This document shows, piece after piece, positions 23,508-36,650 of a DNA stretch of 64,000 nt (its first letter is position 1; the number at the start of each line of letters is the position of its first letter). The stretch is from assembly GCA_036172245.1 (NCBI GenBank), contig JAYWIR010000026.1:2666001-2730000 (forward strand). The letters run 5' to 3'. The notes below the pieces were generated by a model, which made no database searches, was not told the DNA's origin, and worked only from the letters and a program-made list of their open reading frames with translations. Both the position numbers and the translations under genes were made by a program. This stretch comes from Raillietiella orientalis. Taxonomy: Eukaryota.

Positions 23508-25293
23508 CTTGAAAACATCGTGAACCAGGTTTTCAGGACTGCGCGAAGAAGCTGCCTCTGCTCAAAGTCGTCGGATAGGGAAGTTCGCGGAGGGTGCAGA
23601 AAGAGAGAACATGTCCGCTGCCGGCATCCCGCGCGTTTTTATCTCAGAGGGGGCACTTCATTCATCCATTTTCACCAGGGTCACGATAGAGGGAACGAGC
23701 CGAGCACCTCGCTGGAGTCCTGTCCGGAGAACAGGACTCCGGTGCGCAGCGCCGAGCCTGCAACCCCTTTCGCCATGCTCATCCGAAACCGGCTTCGTGG
23801 AGCGTTCCCTCAGGCAACCTCCGTCGACTCTTGGAAGAAAAGCGACAACTTCGAAAGCACACCCAAGAGATACGTGCGTTCCATGTCACGAGATCGTGGA
23901 AAACAGCAAGATGGCGGAAAGTTCCACGAATATGAAATTTCGCATTTCGCTCGTCATCGAAACCTCCATACGAAATTGCCCCCATGTGATATGCTGCGGT
24001 TCGCACAGGGATGACGTCTGTGGAAGAATTATCCTGGAGTCCGGAGCGTTCGTCTCCAGGTGGTGAACGTTCATGGAAGGCTGCTTTTGTTCGGAAATGT
24101 GACTTTTTCCACAAAGATTATCTTCTGCAGGCGATGCTGCACTGCCCGCAGCTGCTCGGTTCTTTGAGATGACAAGGATGCAATGCAGTCTATCAACAGG
24201 CTTGTTCGTTTCTAGGAGCAAGTGTTTTTAGATAGAAAGGTTTGCTGAAAAGCGATTTTTAAGAGCACAAGTTTGCTTGTGCACCGCTGATGCTGCTCAA
24301 CAGTTCTCCAGGGTCACCTACTCCTCTCAGACTGTCCCTGTCGTTTCGACATTCGAAAGAGCCCTTTCGGGAGGGTGCCCGATCAGAATGGTCGTTCGGT
24401 AGCATGCCAAATTCTTTTCCTGCAAGAATGTTCCACTCGGTCGACTTTTACCTTGTTCCCACCCAAGTTAGCCAACCAAGCCAACGTCCAAAGGATCTTT
24501 CTCATTTGGCAGCCTCGCTCTTTTACGTGCTAGACATCATGCTGAGAAACGTCTGGGAAGTTGCACTGCAGGCAACTGTACATCAGAAGATGTACAGTTG
24601 CAGGCAAAGCAACTTTCCAGAAGTCCTTTGTTTCTTTTCTAAATTCCTTTCGCAAGCCGGCTCCGTCATCTTGCAATATGAATACTTTTCAAAGCAGGGA
24701 CGATCCTCCTTCGTCAAACCAAGAGGTCAACGACCACACAGAACCATTGGTTCCGGCCTCTTAAGAAAGAGGCCGTATCTACTCAGCAAGGACATGCAAA
24801 AATGTACTCGAAAGCCGGCGCTCAGCTGTTGAAGCAAAACAGCCAGGACCAAAAGAAGTTCATCAGTTCCCTCTGAGTAGGAACAAAATTCTTTCGGTCT
24901 TTTGTTTGCAGTACAATCACTAGACCGAAGTACGAGAACAATGGGTGTTGTGAAATTAGGAGTTTCACACTTCTAAAATGCAATTTTTAGTACAACCTGA
25001 CGCCATAGGATTTCTTCGTAATCACTATGCCACCTATGTGGAAGTTTTTTATTATGAAACCTTGAGTAGCATGAAGATCATCTATATGATGCCTAGATCA
25101 CCATCCCGTATCAGCTATGTTCAAAGCGGAATGCTGGAGGAGAACGAGTCCTGGAAGCTCCCATTCCGAAACCATCGCCATCTCTGAGCAAGCAGATGGG
25201 TAGATCGAAGAAGTGCGCGCTCTCAGCTACGTAGATGTAAATTTCGCAGTTGTGGATGATATGCAGGGTGGCAGGATTCTTGGTCACAGAAAG

Positions 25294-25315
25294 AAAAAAA
25301 AAAAAAAAAAAAAAA
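25294..25315 (+). repeat. Poly(A) tract, 22 nt
   Basis: Direct reading of the sequence; lies in an AT-rich interval (about 24900-26400). Confidence 0.9.
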
Positions 25316-28300
25316 TGCTTCTCATCTCGTGAATCGATTGCAACACCTTAATGAAGTCTGCATACGATTCCAGTCTGAGGTGCAATCAGCCAGGAAATGA
25401 ATTACATTGCATATCTGCACGTCTATGTAAATGTCATGCCAGGTACGATGATTACATTTCAGCTGCTGAAAGTTTCATAACGTGGCTTCGATTCTCGCTG
25501 GAGTCACATGGAATCTTCCGTAGGATGAATAAAATTCCGATCCGATGCCAAAGTTCGAAATGTATCACCCCTTTTCGAAGACAAACTAAATCACAAAGAG
25601 AGCTAAGATTTTCGCTCATTTACGCATTATGGTGAGAGACTCGAATTTCAAGTCTTTCTCACTTCCTCCTCAGTTCTGTTTCTCAGGCAAAATTCCGTTT
25701 TCAGGTTTCGCAATAGCAAAAGGAAAAAAAGTCTGGTAAGCCTAGCAATAAAATCGCAGCTGAAAATGTTTTGGAAGATTGAGTTACTTGCAAGCACATT
25801 TGATAGCTCCACTAAGCAGCAACTGCATTTTTGAGAGATGGAAAGTATATATGTTAAAAAAAAAAAAAAAGAATCGTTCCACGCGGAAGCACTGTTTAAA
25901 ACACGGTTTTCAGGAAGTCACGCAGAGGCGAAAACTTCATTCAAGGATACCAAGCGCGCACCGATATGTAAATCAACATACCTCATTCCATTCGGTCCAT
26001 ACATAAGTACGCCAACATATGCTTGCATACGAAAACGATTAAATGGGGGTTCTTTCGACGTAAACTCAAATACGTGAACTTGTGCAGATATTAGCTGGAG
26101 CTATCGTGCATTGTGAATGGCGGATTTGCACGGTTTTTATCTGAACACTTGGCACCTCTTGAAAACGTCGGATCCCATTATCTTAACAATGGGACTGGCA
26201 TTCTTTCCACGGAAAAAGCAAAATTGCAAAAGAACAAAAAACAAAACAACAAGAAAAACATGAAAAACAACAAAAAAAAGACATGGGAAAACATGGGAAA
26301 GTCGGGAAGCTCAAACACCCGAAATGCACGCACCTCACCTTTGATAACAGCAGAGCAGTCTCCACGATTTTTAATTGCTCATTTCCGTTGGAAGTACCAG
26401 AACAAAAACAGAAACAAAAGGGAAAAATTCGAGATTACCGATCAGAGCCTGCGTGGAAACGCCAGCACCACCAAGAATTGAAATGCAACAATCGGTGGCT
26501 CGTTTCAGAAGCCGACAAGCACGTGGAATGCGCCAACTCTCGGTGCATTCGAGTGGCATTTCCGAATTCGGCACGGATTGCCCGATCCATTTTCATCATG
26601 GCTGCGGGTACCATGGTCAAGACACCGACGCACTCCCCTCCGGATTTCGGGGCTGTTCTCAGGAGATGACCGGGAAAATGAACCGCCGCCAGATGGCAAA
26701 GGTTTTTTGGCATTTCCTTGGTCCTCGAGTGCCGCCGTGGCCTCCTGTGCCAGAAATGGGCCGAAATCCGAAGAGCCAGGCATGGGAAGGGCCAGCCATC
26801 GCTGGCGAAAGGGAAACTCAAACGGATATTCCGAGTCTGAGCCACCGTTCGTTTCCTGAAATTATGGGCAGAGCGAGGAACCGATTCCGCTTGGTGAGGA
26901 AGATTAAGGAGGAGAATGATGACGGAAATCAGTGGCGAAACGCTCTTCCATCAATTTTTTTTCTGGAATCGTCTGTCGGCAAGCATTTCCTGTGTACTCA
27001 CGAGTGTCGCAGCATCACGACGTTTCCAGAGGGAAAAATTTGCAGCACAATTCAGTGTCTTCTCAGAAGGCGCAGGTGTTTCGGCAAGAGAAGTCGATGA
27101 AATTGGAATGCTGAATGACAAGCCTCTTCTTCCCACAGCAGCGTCCTACCCATTATTTATGACGAAAGGAAACTCATTACCCACTCCCATGTGACGATGA
27201 TTGCTTTAGCTGAGGCCTTGGATTCCATTTTTCTGAATGACAGTAACATCAGTGGAGTAGGCCACGATGTGCATCAAAGCGGTTTCGCTCACGTCATTTC
27301 TCTGCTTGTTCGAGGAACCGCATGGCGCCTATGCAATTCGCATGCTGCTGAAAGAATTCTATCCTGTGCAACTGCAAGGAATAAGAAAGAAAAGGAAAAA
27401 ATCGCGACCTCATATAAGAAAGTGGTCCCAGTGGGCGAAACTCAAGACAATTTACAATGCCGGGTCACAACCTTGACCTGGCATCGTCGTCACAACCTTT
27501 TTTTTACAATTTATTTGCTGCTCCTCCCCTCCCATTCCGGACTTTCCTAAAACCATCATGCGTGTCGGTGGACATTTTCTGTGAACTTGTTGTTGCTGCT
27601 TTGTACCTGCACTCAAGGTCACCTGATTTGTGGATTTTCATTTTGGAAACTCAAGAGGGGAGACAACAGCTGTTTGAAGAGATGTGTGGGAAAAAGATGC
27701 GAAAGTTCCAAGAGCTTCTCTTAGCTAGGAGTCAGGAAAAGTCTTGCTGGACCATTCTGCAATGACTGCTCTGCTCCGAGGAAAGTCCGAGGCCAGATTG
27801 CTCGTCGCCAAGCTATCTCACTGCCTGCAAGAATGCTTCTTCTTCCCGGGAACGCGTGATTCCCATCTGCAGCCACGTCTCAAAAATTTTGCAAACAGCA
27901 AAGACCGACTAAAGCGTCGTCTGCAGATGCGCCGCAGCCACGGAAACGAGAACAAGCCTGGATCATGGGCAGTCGTATTGCCGACTCCTTTCCAGGTCAC
28001 AAGGGAGAGAGGGTTTGGTCTCAGTTACTTTGAGGAGAGAATCAAGAAGTTCATTAAAAATCCAATGTGCTTAATCCTGGGGACGAGATCCCTCTGGGTG
28101 CATCCCGGAACGGTCCTCTTTCTGAGTTGGATCCATAACGGATATTCGAAATTGCATAAGAAGCGAGATGATGAATCTTCCCGAACCTATTGGGATCCAT
28201 GCGCATTGCGCCTACCTGCATCGGCCAACTCCCGAATAATCACCGACAATGGGGATTCCAATTCCCTTCATGGTTTCAAATGGGGCGAGAAGGGTCAACG

Positions 28301-28738
28301 GGATCAGTTACTTCCATTCACAGTTGCTCATCACAAATCAAGTCGATTCGGGGTATGAGCACGCGCTGGGGTCATTCTGAGCGCCTCCACAATATGGCCG
28401 CCTTGTATCCTTCGTGGTAGACAGAACCAATCAAAGCTAGCGACAACCGAAGAACTCGCGGGAGGTTTGCTACATCGAGGAGCTCCAGGACTCATCAACA
28501 GAAGCTGCCATTCTTCAAAACACTTACTGTCTCCATTTCTCAATGATGAAGAGTGCTACATTTGATCCAATCGTGGGAATCATCTTGTCTGATCTCCGTA
28601 ATAAAAACGACTCCCTTCGTTGTGCGGCAATTGGCGGCTCGACAAGCTACGCACAAGTTCATCTTCATTTCTGTTCGCAGGACCATATGGAAGACGGATT
28701 TGTCACCGGATACCGAGAATAACCTGCTGGTGTTTTAC

Positions 28739-29750
28739 CAAGGATGAATTCTGAGTAGCTCCTGACTGAAGCATTGGACTACTTGCAGCAGCCAAGAGGA
28801 GCTCTTCAAGGGAGATAGGGAAACCCAGATCCACGTTTCCACCTTCCCGACGCTGCTCCAGGATTAAACAAGGCTGAAGAAGGTTACCGGCCTACAGACT
28901 GTAAAGAAGATGGAGATCTTGGAGGAAATGCTTGGAGGAGACGGGGACGTCCCTCGATACAATCCCATGTCTTCGCACCACCATCTCCCTCTTTATCACG
29001 AGCATCGTGAAAAGAAGGGCAAAGATGAGGAGCACCGGAGCCACAACGCCCACCACGACCTTCATCCAAGGAGTCATCAAGAGGGAGATAGGTGGCAGAA
29101 TACCCTCCCGGACTTACCTCTACATCTTGAAAAAGATGGTGGAAGTGGCTCAAGTGAGTGCAGGAACCACTTGGAAAAGTGGCTGTAACAATGCGTTATT
29201 GTTACTGTTAATTCAATGACGTTTAATTAATCCCCCCACCGCTTGTCGGATCTGAGGAGAACCCAGTTCATCTTCCGCTCATTCTAAAATTACGCATAGT
29301 CTGCATCTTGGGGATCGCGTACCATTTCCTAAGGTGCACCGCGCCTTTCCAAAGACCGCTTTGTGAGTTTCCAGGGCGACCGGCGGGTAAGCACGGAAGA
29401 CACAAGTGGTCCACATCACAACCTAAAACAGGATTCTCTCATTGGAACCGTCTTCGCCCACCACTCGGCAGTCCCTCGATAGCAGCGATCCTCCGCACCA
29501 GCCGTATTGCAACGAGATTGCAGGAGGCAGCATCCCCTTTTGCTGGAGTTGCTGGCAGCCTGGAGCCTACTGACTCTCAAGGCTTGGAGATGGACTCCGG
29601 TTTTGCTGGGTATCGGTATGTATTGTACGTATCCGTCAACTAAAAATGCGGCCCACGGACCGCCTAATTTCCATGATTCTGCAATGAGTGCCATTCTCGG
29701 ATCTCCACAAGACAAAGAATTCGGAGCAATTAGCTTTGTGCTGACGAATA
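28739..29750 (-). CDS. Internal exons of a GPS/GAIN-motif transmembrane protein (polycystin-1-like or adhesion-GPCR-like); gene ends not resolved
   Basis: Phase-consistent GT-AG splicing of exons (..29575), 29422-29323, 29182-29118, 29059-28896, 28855-28739 gives ..VVMWTTCVFRAYPPVALETHKAVFGKARCTLGNATFPSGSCTHLSHFHHLFQDVE-VVVGVVAPVLLIFALLFTMLVI-KRE....FSQELLRIHPW. Confidence 0.6.
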
Positions 29751-31049
29751 AATGAAGGATCAGTCAGTTGTGGAAATCCCTAGCTACCAAAGACTGTTGC
29801 AGATGTCGCATCTGGGCAGATCCGTGGTGGTGCGCAAACCGGAACTTCCGTATTCTTTTTCTCATGTTCACGTTGCTCAGCCTCCTTGATTCTGATTCAG
29901 AGGCGTCGCTTGGGCAGCAGCGATGGGTCAATGGGTCTGGAGGCGCTCCTTTCAAGCGAAAATCAGAAAGAAGCAGAACGCAATGGAGTCTCAGATTTCA
30001 GGACGAACATGCTCGGGGCAATGCGGCTACTGTATAGCTGGAGACACCGGTTGCGTACGGAGAAAGCAACGACACAGATTCCGGTGCTGTCTCTGCGCTC
30101 CACTCTTTTGCGCAAATGAGGCTTTAGCATTAAGCACAGGCAGAGATGCAAACTGAATGTAGCAACTAACGGCGTGCTGCAATCTGGAACATTTGGCTGA
30201 ACTATCGATCCGAGGTGTCCTCCAAATCCCCTTGGAGGGAATGGAGATAGCTAAGATGTTTTTGACAGTTCGGTGCTTCCCCTAGCATGGCAGGCTTCGT
30301 GGTTGGGCCTGCTGTGCTGGGTTATCCCATGCAACGCACGCCTCCGTCGGTAGGGAGGGATGGTCCCAGAATGTGCCATATGAGATTCAATAGAAATCTT
30401 CCCACACCTGATTTTCACCCAGTCACGCGGGGGCGTTTATTTTATATGAAAAATAAGCCAGTCGTGAACGCGGTTCCCAGTCGCATACAGGGGGGTTCAA
30501 GAGGAGGGTCCACCGACACTCAGGCTGAGAAAACAGTTTCAGGAACAAAGAGGGAATAGAGAACAACAAAAGAAAATTGAAATAAGTCGAGTGGGATGGG
30601 GCAGAAAACTTTGGGTTCTCTCCGTGCGTACCGGGAACAAAACAAAAAACACCAAGAAAGTTACGGAGCAAGTGGGATTTAGGAATGAAAAAATAAATAA
30701 AAATAAAGAGTGGGAGAGAGGTCACCGTGGTCGGCCGTTCCTATCTGTCCATCAGCCAGCGCAGGATGCCGGCGATCTCCTCCTTCATCTCCTCTTCCAG
30801 GTGAGGCCATCGGGCAGCCGTCCTAATGTAGCCAGTGGCCATTCTGGTGACCTCCTCCCTTTGCTGCATTGTGATTTCCAGCACCTGCGGGCCGTTACGA
30901 CGGCACGGAAGCCACCCATGGTTGCGATCACAGCACCCCGTCGGTCAGACGTGCATCGGCGCGCTCCGCGAGTTTGGTGAGTGATTTGGCGTGTGGTTGT
31001 GTTCGGCCAGATGGCTGGAATGCCAAGTGGCCCTGCCAGTAAAGTCCAG

Positions 31050-32920
31050 GGAGCATGAGCGAAAGCTCTAGCGCCCATGGTGGCGGAGGAGACGCCCGTT
31101 TCTTCCTCAGAAGAATCGACATCCCCCAGGAGGAGTTGTGGAGGTCTGTGGCTGCGGCACCTTCGCGGCCGCGGTAGAGGCTAAGACCTACCTCTCTTCG
31201 GGCTACAACCCGTGCCTGAGGTACAGGGTAGGTCAATTGTGAAATCCAGCAGCAGCGCTCTCCTGCTCGGAGAAGCTACACAAGCTGCAAGTCAAACAGG
31301 AGGAGCTCGTCGCCCTTTCCATTCTGAGCGGTGGGCAGACAGTCGAGGTAGCTTTCAAGGAGGCGAGCCTTGCCCAAAGACTAATGCACACACTGATCAC
31401 AATCGAAGGGCGCAAGATCTTCTTAGTGACGGGGGACCGCTCCAAGGTCGTGGGTTACGGTGAGGATGACCAAGGAAGCGGTCGTCCGCTCACTGCAACA
31501 GCACGGGACGGTCCACGCACTGTGGTCAAAGCCCAACGTATTTCCCTACTTACAGGTAATAATTAGAGGGCTAGCCGGAGCGCGAGTGGCTGTCAGGGAA
31601 GGAAAAGAGCTTCCCCACAGACTGGAAGTCAGCCCGTCGACCTCTGGTACGCGGGGAAGGCAAAGATCCGCACACATTGTGGCAAGTCGTATCACCTGAA
31701 TAGAAGGTGCCCCGACAGTATATGCTACAGATGCGGAAGAGCGGGCACATGAAATTCTTCTGTCCCCTCAGACCCGGCAGACCTTCCAAGAGCGCTCTGG
31801 AACGGGAAAAAAATAAAAAAAATAAAAATAAGAATAAGGACAAGAGATCGCGCATGATTCCCCTAGGAGGAGGAAAACAGGCGGGGAATGCCAGCAAGGA
31901 GGTTCCTTCCCCCGATGCAAGCGAGGTGAGTCCTAACGACGCCGAGGCAGCACAGGAGGAAGAAGGCTGGACGGTGGTGACCCGCCGAAAAGAAAAAAAA
32001 CAAAAAAGCATACAAACAAAAGAAAAAATCCTGCGAATTTCGACGCCTAAGGCTCCGAAGACCGCGAAAGACGCTATCGATTGCGCTGTTAGTCAGGTTG
32101 CGGAGGTCGTTGTCACCGAGATCAAGGACCTCGGAAGTAACAGCGCGATTGATAGGCTGCACCCAACGGCGCCGCATCGAACGCTGCGATTGCGAAGCTG
32201 TTAACCGTCGGAGGCATAACAACGCGCGCGGCCGCAAAGGCCGGCTGGAGGGGAATCTGGAGACCCGAAGAGGGACCTCCCCAGGGTTCGTTGGAATCCC
32301 TAGTCGATACCGTGAATTCTCGCCCTGAGACGGAGGCTCGCCACTCGACATTGAGGAAGGCCAAAGCGGCTAGAACGCTTCAGGCCCAAGTCGAGCAGGA
32401 GGAAGCCTCCGAACTAGAAGGATTCAGGAAGGTTCGCATGGATCCTCAGTGGAGGCCGCCCTGCCAACCCCTGCACAAAAAAAAGGGATGGAGGGAGGGA
32501 ATATGGTTCAGGTTCCCCTTCCCCGCCCAGACAACGCGCCGGCAGAGAGCCGGGAGGGTGCTGCGCCGGCAGATTGCCTGCAGTCATGCATGAAGTCGCG
32601 TTCTCCCGTCGCTTGCGCGTGACCGTTTGGAACGTGAACGGCCTGCGCGACCTCGGGAAAAGAAGCGACAAAGCTCACACCCTACGAAACTTCGAATTGG
32701 CGCTCCTCCAAGAGATCCATGTGACCTCGCACGAGAATGCCGCAGACTTCGAACGGATCGCGTGCGGAAAGCTGCATTGGTGGTGTGGCACCCGCAACTC
32801 TAGGAAGGTGACCTTCCTGATACAGTCCACCATCATGCGTACGGTACATAGTGTGCGGTTCGACGTTGCCACCCGGTCAAGCAGGAGCATTCATTGCAAA
32901 CTGACAACAATTGCAGTATA
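31050..32920 (+). mobile_element. L1/Tx1-like LINE 5' half: ORF1 (gag-like, CCHC knuckle) and AP endonuclease start; disrupted
   Basis: EAVVRSLQQHGTV..ELPHRLEV, frameshifted CYRCG..GHMKFFC knuckle (31723-31763), EEEGWTVVTRRK, then LRVTVWNVNGLRDLGKR..LALLQEIH (32574-32921). Confidence 0.85.
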
Positions 32921-33019
32921 AGGCCCCTCTGCGGCCAATACGACAGGGGACCTTCCGGGTCGTCGGTGTGCAGACCGACTTGACTCTCCACGGCAGCGGA
33001 GGGGGATGGAGAAACAACC

Positions 33020-34925
33020 AAAAAAAAATAAAATAAAATTGAGAAAACAATAGTAATCTGAAGGGTCGGGAAGGGAACACTGTCCGCTTGTTGGAGGTTC
33101 CATCCTCTGCAGGATGCCGACGAGGTCCTGCTGCGTGTTTCCCAGGTGGGGCCATCGGGTTGCTATTCGCAGGAAGCGAGCTGCATACTCCATGACATCC
33201 CTGTCGTTTGCATCTTCTACTTCGGAGCAGCCAATGCCAATTTTGTTTGGAGTGTATACGTCCACTCCAGACCGCCACAATACCGCAGTTGCAGCTGAGC
33301 GCTGCTACGGCTGCGGCTGGTTGCAGGGCGTCCTGCACGAAGAGGAGCCGAAAAACTCTCTGGGAGGGCTGCCCACCGTTATCCCTAGGGTCGTCCCGAA
33401 ACGCTCACAAAGGGGCCGGAGGGCAACATAGTCAACTATCAGGTGCGGGAGGGATTCCCGTTACCCGCACCTGGCACAGTTTGGATTCACTCGCCCCCGT
33501 GTCCAGTGGTGGTGGCGCGCGTTGCAGGGGAAACCCCAGTGCAACAGCATAAGCGCCGACTCCTGCTACTTAAGAGGCAGGATCCTAAATTCATTCATCA
33601 CCGGGGACCACTTCAGCTCATCCATCGGGATGGCGAGCAGCTCACCCCATTTCAGTAGTCCCCACGGCTGGGCGCTCGGGGTCGTTGCGTCCGCGAGTTG
33701 TCCCATGGTCCAACCGCTCATCAACTTTTCTTTGCCTGCAATACGTCAGGAGACTTCCCACCTCGGCGTCCGGCTGCTGACGAGGGCCCTTCATAGGAAG
33801 GGCAGTGCTGTAGCTAGGCAGGTCGTCTCCGCCCACGTGCTCCTGGCGGGACACTCCAGAATGGTCCGCAGGGTGCAGCAAACGTGGGTGCTGAATCGCA
33901 GTCAGTTCCAGTTGTCACTTCTCTGAGCATTTAACTTCTCCACGTTTTAACAGATTCCTCTAGCCATGCGGAGGAGTTGTCGGGCTGCATACCATCCAGC
34001 CGTTCTCCTTGGCCAGTTTAGGCATGCGTCCCAGGAGAAGGCAGCATCTTTTGATCTTCCGGCCACGGCACAGAAGATACGACGCGAGTCCTTGCGTTCG
34101 GGATACAAGGCTAGCTAGGAGGCGGGCCGGAAAGCACCAAGGGATGATTCACAACTTTGCTGCGATGAATATGGTGCGCCATCGCAGCTGAATTTCCAGG
34201 CGCTCCAGAGTCGGGATACCAAGACCGCCGTCCCGACGCGGAGCGCACAAGTCCTTCAAAGGCACTCGGGGCATCCAGTTGCCCCACAGGGCGAAACGGA
34301 GGAGGTCTTTCGTCCTTTTCTTTATATACACGGGGACGGGGCAAACAAAAAGCAGGGGGCAGAGCCGCCAACGCGTTCCACGAACCGCGGCCTATTCCGG
34401 CAAGAGCCTTCCAGGAACGGGCTGATCACCAACTCTAGCTTCTGGAGACGACCTGACCAGGCTTCTGACGGGCAGAAGTTCCCCAACGGGACGCCCAGGT
34501 ATTTCAGGTACCCTCCTTCAGGATGCAAATGGACCTCGAAGGCATCCTGCGAAGGATGGGCCCTCCTCCCAGTGGGCAGTGATCCCTTCCTGGCCCTCCA
34601 AACTCTTTTTTTTTTTTTTTTATTTTTGTTTTTTTTTTCTCCCCCATCCCCTTCCACTGCCGAAGAGAGTCACACCGGGCTGCGTCCCGGCGTCCCGGCA
34701 GGTCCGGTGTTGCTTGACCGTTAGTGGGGCCACGTTTTGTGTTGACCATGCAAGAGTTTTTAAATAAACGTCCCAGCGTATCCGGGTGGCATCGCCAAAT
34801 CCGGTGGGTAGGCGATACATGGAGAACTCCTCACAGAACACGCGGACTGAGTCCTTGAATCGGCCCCAATCCGTGAGATTCTTGAGGCTGACCAGAGCTA
34901 CCCTGCAGAGCTCGTGCCCCGGCAT
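33020..34925 (-). mobile_element. L1/Tx1-like LINE 3' half (RT to 3' end), inverted, disrupted
   Basis: GFGDATRIRW..GTQPGVTL (RT), YLKYLGVPL, DLCAPRRDGGLGIP, AAAVAALSC C-terminus, then a T-rich tail; homologous to the plus-strand copy at 34925-36650. Confidence 0.85.
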
Positions 34926-36650
34926 GCCGGCCGAGTCGGCCTATGCAGATGATCGCTTGCTGCTGCTCCCTATGACTGCCCCTACAGACGCACTCAAGGA
35001 ATTTTTCGAGCTATTAAGCAGAGGAACAGGCATGAAGGTGAACAGAGGGAAGTCAAGCGTGTGTCCTGTCGGCGCGATGTGGACTGAGCAGTTGGACTGG
35101 GTGCGCTTAGGAATCCCCACGGTTCGGTACTTAAAGTACTTGGGCGTGCCGGTACGGAATGTTTCTTCTACGAAAGCGTGGTTCGGTTGCCTCCAGAAGG
35201 CAGAGTCGGTGTTCGGCCTGTTCGATGAAACTTCTGGTTGCCGGAACGGGCCGCCATTTGGAACACCTTTGTAACCCCTGTCCTCCGACTTATGCTTTTT
35301 GTTCGCCCCGCCCCACTCGGCATGGTGAAATCAACAAAGGATCTCCTTCAAAAAGCCCTCTGGGGCAATGGAAGGTCCTGAGTCCGATTAAAAGACTTGT
35401 GCGCTCCTCGTAGCGACGAAGGACTTAAACACCTGACATTGGAGAGCATGGAAGTACAACTGAACTTCCGAAGAGTGACAAATTCCTTCGTGGCACAGAA
35501 CTAAGCCATCCATTGGTGCGCCTCTGTACGTTTGCACTCCTAGCTGGCGGTCGGTGGTGAAGGATTTGCAACCCTGTTTGCGTGTCACCACCTCTGGATC
35601 CCAACCTGCGGCTTCCCTCTACGGTATCCACGTGTTTGCTCCCGTGAAAACAAACACGTGGATTTGCTGCCGCCCTGCGAACACTCCAGCCTGGAGGCAG
35701 GAGAAAGTGAGGAAGTGGGCCCAGCCCACCCGAACTTCGTCGGAAGTTACCCGTTGCCGAGAGTTTCAGAAGAACAGCGGAAGAGCACTGGGGGCGCTGG
35801 GTAGTGAGCTGACTATGTTGGCCTATCTACTAGCCACCCCCTTCCCCGCAGAGGTGTTTTCTTCTGTAGCGACTGCCTTCCAACGAAATGGGAGGTTTCC
35901 AGCAAGATCTCGGCCCGCAGGAAGTATATCGGTGACTGGACTCCGCGTCAGTTGGTTGACGCAGAAGCAGCAAGAACCGCCTCCAGAGCACTGGAACGTT
36001 GGGGAGAGCTCTTCTCCGTTCAGTCCGAAGAGTTGGAAGTGCTCCCGTGTTTATGAACAGAACAGTGCTTCCCCTCAAGTGGCAGCAATCCGCGCTGCTG
36101 ATACGAGCATTCACTGGGATCTCCCGTGCAATGTGTGCCGGCACCACTGGACGAGGGGAAGCGCATCGCCGAACTGTGCCAGGTTTGAAGAGAAGGAGAC
36201 CTTTCCCCACCTCATAGTGCAGTGTGTCGCCCTCCGGGGCTTGTGGGAACGTTTCTCTGCGCCCCTTTCCCACCCCATGCACGATCCCAGAGACTCTTTG
36301 AGGCCCCTCTTGGTGTGGGATGGCATGACGCCCGCAGCCGCAGTCGCAGCGCTGTGCTGCGTACGCGGTGTCGTCGTGACCAAGTACGACGCCAACAGAG
36401 TCTGAAGCGACGGGGAGACTCCCTTGCACGCCATCCGCTTCCTGCAGACGTCCCCACTTGGGAAAAGAGAAGGAAGAGCTCGCCGGCATCCTTCAACGGA
36501 TGCAGAGGCCTCATCAATCATCCATCATGAAACGTGATCCCTTTTCTTCCTCTCGATTATTGTTTTCTTTGTTTTGTTTTTGTTTTTGTTTTGTTGTTGT
36601 TGTTCTGTCAATCTTCAATTTTTTGTTATAGGCTATTTTTTTTTTGTTGA
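34925..36650 (+). mobile_element. L1/Tx1-like LINE 3' half (RT YADD to zinc finger and T-rich tail), disrupted
   Basis: SAYADDRLLL, GMKVNRGKS, YLKYLGVPV, C-terminal PNCARFEEKETFPHLIVQCVALRGLW (zf-RVT-like), T-rich tail 36560-36650. Confidence 0.88.

Noticed and set aside
26375..27100. Long ORFs in the track (e.g. 241 aa here, 204 aa at 23400 and 27744)
   Set aside because: No recognisable motifs or paralog support; consistent with chance ORFs in an intron-rich genome.
28910..29188. His-rich plus-strand ORF as a metal-binding partner of the CobW protein
   Set aside because: It is the antisense reading of the Val/Leu-rich transmembrane exon on the minus strand.
31050..36650. Prokaryotic RT system (retron, DGR, group II intron) or an active retroelement
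   Set aside because: Motifs are those of APE-type non-LTR retrotransposons, and every segment has stops, frameshifts or deletions.
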